DNA from: an uncultured Candidatus Saccharibacteria bacterium
GTDB taxonomy: Bacteria; Patescibacteriota; Saccharimonadia; Saccharimonadales; Saccharimonadaceae
Direction of reading: 5' to 3'
NCBI GenBank assembly: GCA_964511635.1
Contig: CAZEGC010000001.1
Coordinates: 1 to 55,112 of the forward strand
Length of the DNA: 55,112 bases
Part shown: positions 54,291 through 55,112 of the stretch, piece after piece
How the letters are laid out: each line of letters opens with the position of its first letter
Position numbering within the stretch: the first letter of the stretch is position 1
Notes under the pieces: generated by a model
What the model saw: only the letters and a program-made list of their open reading frames with translations
Told to the model about the DNA's origin: nothing
Database searches by the model: none
Program-made: the position numbers and the translations under genes

Positions 54291-54462
54291 TAATTATTTT
54301 GCTGTCGCATGGGTATGGTAATTGTCGTCTTAGTGCATACTCTGTATGTTGTCCGCACCCACGCCTAGCTTAAAGATAAGAGGCTTCACTCCGTTCACAT
54401 CTCATACACTAAAATAAAGAACAATCTTGCGTATCAGCATAATCATACCGGCCTATGCTTAG

Positions 54463-55112
54463 CTAGAATCTTCTAATTGGTATGATGCTTCCACTCCAGG
54501 AAGTTTGCATCTCCCGTGCCTCAGGCATATATGTCATTCCTACACGAACAGTAACCGCCCAGACCCTACCTGCGGTAGGTGCAGTTGAAGAGCTCCAATA
54601 GTCATGATCTATAGGAAACACTGTCTGGATTGATTGGTCAACAACAACTGATACTAGTTCAAGAAGCTCATCGCGAGATGGTACAAACCAGTCACTATAT
54701 TCTCCCTGCTCGTAGTTATCCGTGACTTCAATTGCCTCAAAATTGTAAGTATCACCGCCGCACGAAGCTATAATACTATTTGTATTGTTCAGACCACTAC
54801 CTACTGATGTCCCTGTACTGGCCGCAGGACATGACCAATAAGTACCCAAAAGCGGATGAGGAATATTTATTCCAGTCGTCGCCTCCAGATACCTCCACCC
54901 ATCACTAAATTCACCTTTGTCATAGAAGATGACTCCTCCCGCAGGCCCAGTATCACCAACTGCATAGGTTTGACTACTTCCTCCTGGACACGCCCCTTCC
55001 TCAATAGGTCCACCATTAATCCTATGGAAAGCTCCTACATCAGTCTGGGTGTGAGTAGCAGTAATACAGTAGGAGTTAGTAGCTTCTTCGTATGTATAGT
55101 CATAGTGAGTAG
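54463..55112 (-). CDS. Partial CDS (N-terminus beyond the window): secreted/surface protein with a C-terminal DUF1566 (Lcl C-terminal-like) domain
   Basis: My hand translation shows the frame stays open from 54849 to the window end (...YAVGDTGPAGGVIFYDKGEFSDGWRYLEATTGINIPHPLLGTYWSCP...). The tracked start is an internal TTG. SDWFVPSRDELLEL and YWSSST are DUF1566 hallmarks. Confidence 0.6.
   Translation of the reverse strand, partial: THYDYTYEEATNSYCITATHTQTDVGAFHRINGGPIEEGACPGGSSQTYAVGDTGPAGGVIFYDKGEFSDGWRYLEATTGINIPHPLLGTYWSCPAASTGTSVGSGLNNTNSIIASCGGDTYNFEAIEVTDNYEQGEYSDWFVPSRDELLELVSVVVDQSIQTVFPIDHDYWSSSTAPTAGRVWAVTVRVGMTYMPEAREMQTSWSGSIIPIRRF

Noticed and set aside
54291-54620. Diversity-generating retroelement (VR/TR pair) at the DUF1566 gene
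   Set aside because: I compared the 3' end of the gene with the 172-nt downstream spacer by eye and found no convincing repeat. No reverse transcriptase or Avd-like ORF is present. It is kept only as a check in the findings.

Overview
This is a gene-dense bacterial chromosomal segment, mid-to-high 40s % GC by eye, made almost entirely of housekeeping genes, most of them on the minus strand. All calls come from motif recognition in the supplied translations and manual reading of intergenic DNA. No database or covariance-model search was run.

Genes recognised: tig, hisS, two SpoU-type RNA methyltransferases, rsmD, recG, tyrS, a bifunctional class A PBP, a yacL-like PIN/TRAM gene, radA, clpC, nusA, pepN, an rnhB-yraN fusion, rplS, malic enzyme and a PilB-type ATPase. 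Also present are dnaE, galU, gatC-gatA-X-gatB, a DEAD-box helicase, uvrB, a short Rel (p)ppGpp enzyme and one tRNA-Leu(UAG). A long sugar-phosphate operon runs gap-rpiB-rpe-split tkt-fba-two PfkB kinases-LOG-like.

The reduced repertoire, split transketolase, pentose-phosphate plus lower-glycolysis operon and Firmicute-like clpC-radA-yacL synteny suggest a reduced-genome Patescibacteria/CPR organism, possibly Saccharibacteria. That is inference only. I saw no CRISPR array, rRNA, transposase, integrase or recognisable multi-gene defence system.

Most interesting observations:
1. A moderately GC-elevated ~570-bp cassette splits the conserved rplS-rnhB linkage. It carries its own strong promoter, a 97-aa four-cysteine orphan ORF, an 18-bp GC-rich hairpin and a bidirectional terminator.
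2. A ~320-nt ORF-free, structured, GC-elevated gap between uvrB and the DEAD-box helicase is a candidate ncRNA.
3. A perfect CIRCE/HrcA operator overlaps a consensus promoter in front of clpC.
4. A small membrane protein with an Rx4H (HEPN-like) motif is translationally coupled between gatA and gatB.
5. Extended -10 promoters (TGnTAnAAT-like) recur across the window, often only 6-11 nt from the start codon. This implies leaderless mRNAs alongside a minority of Shine-Dalgarno-led genes.
6. The sugar-phosphate operon may link nucleotide/ribose salvage to glycolysis.
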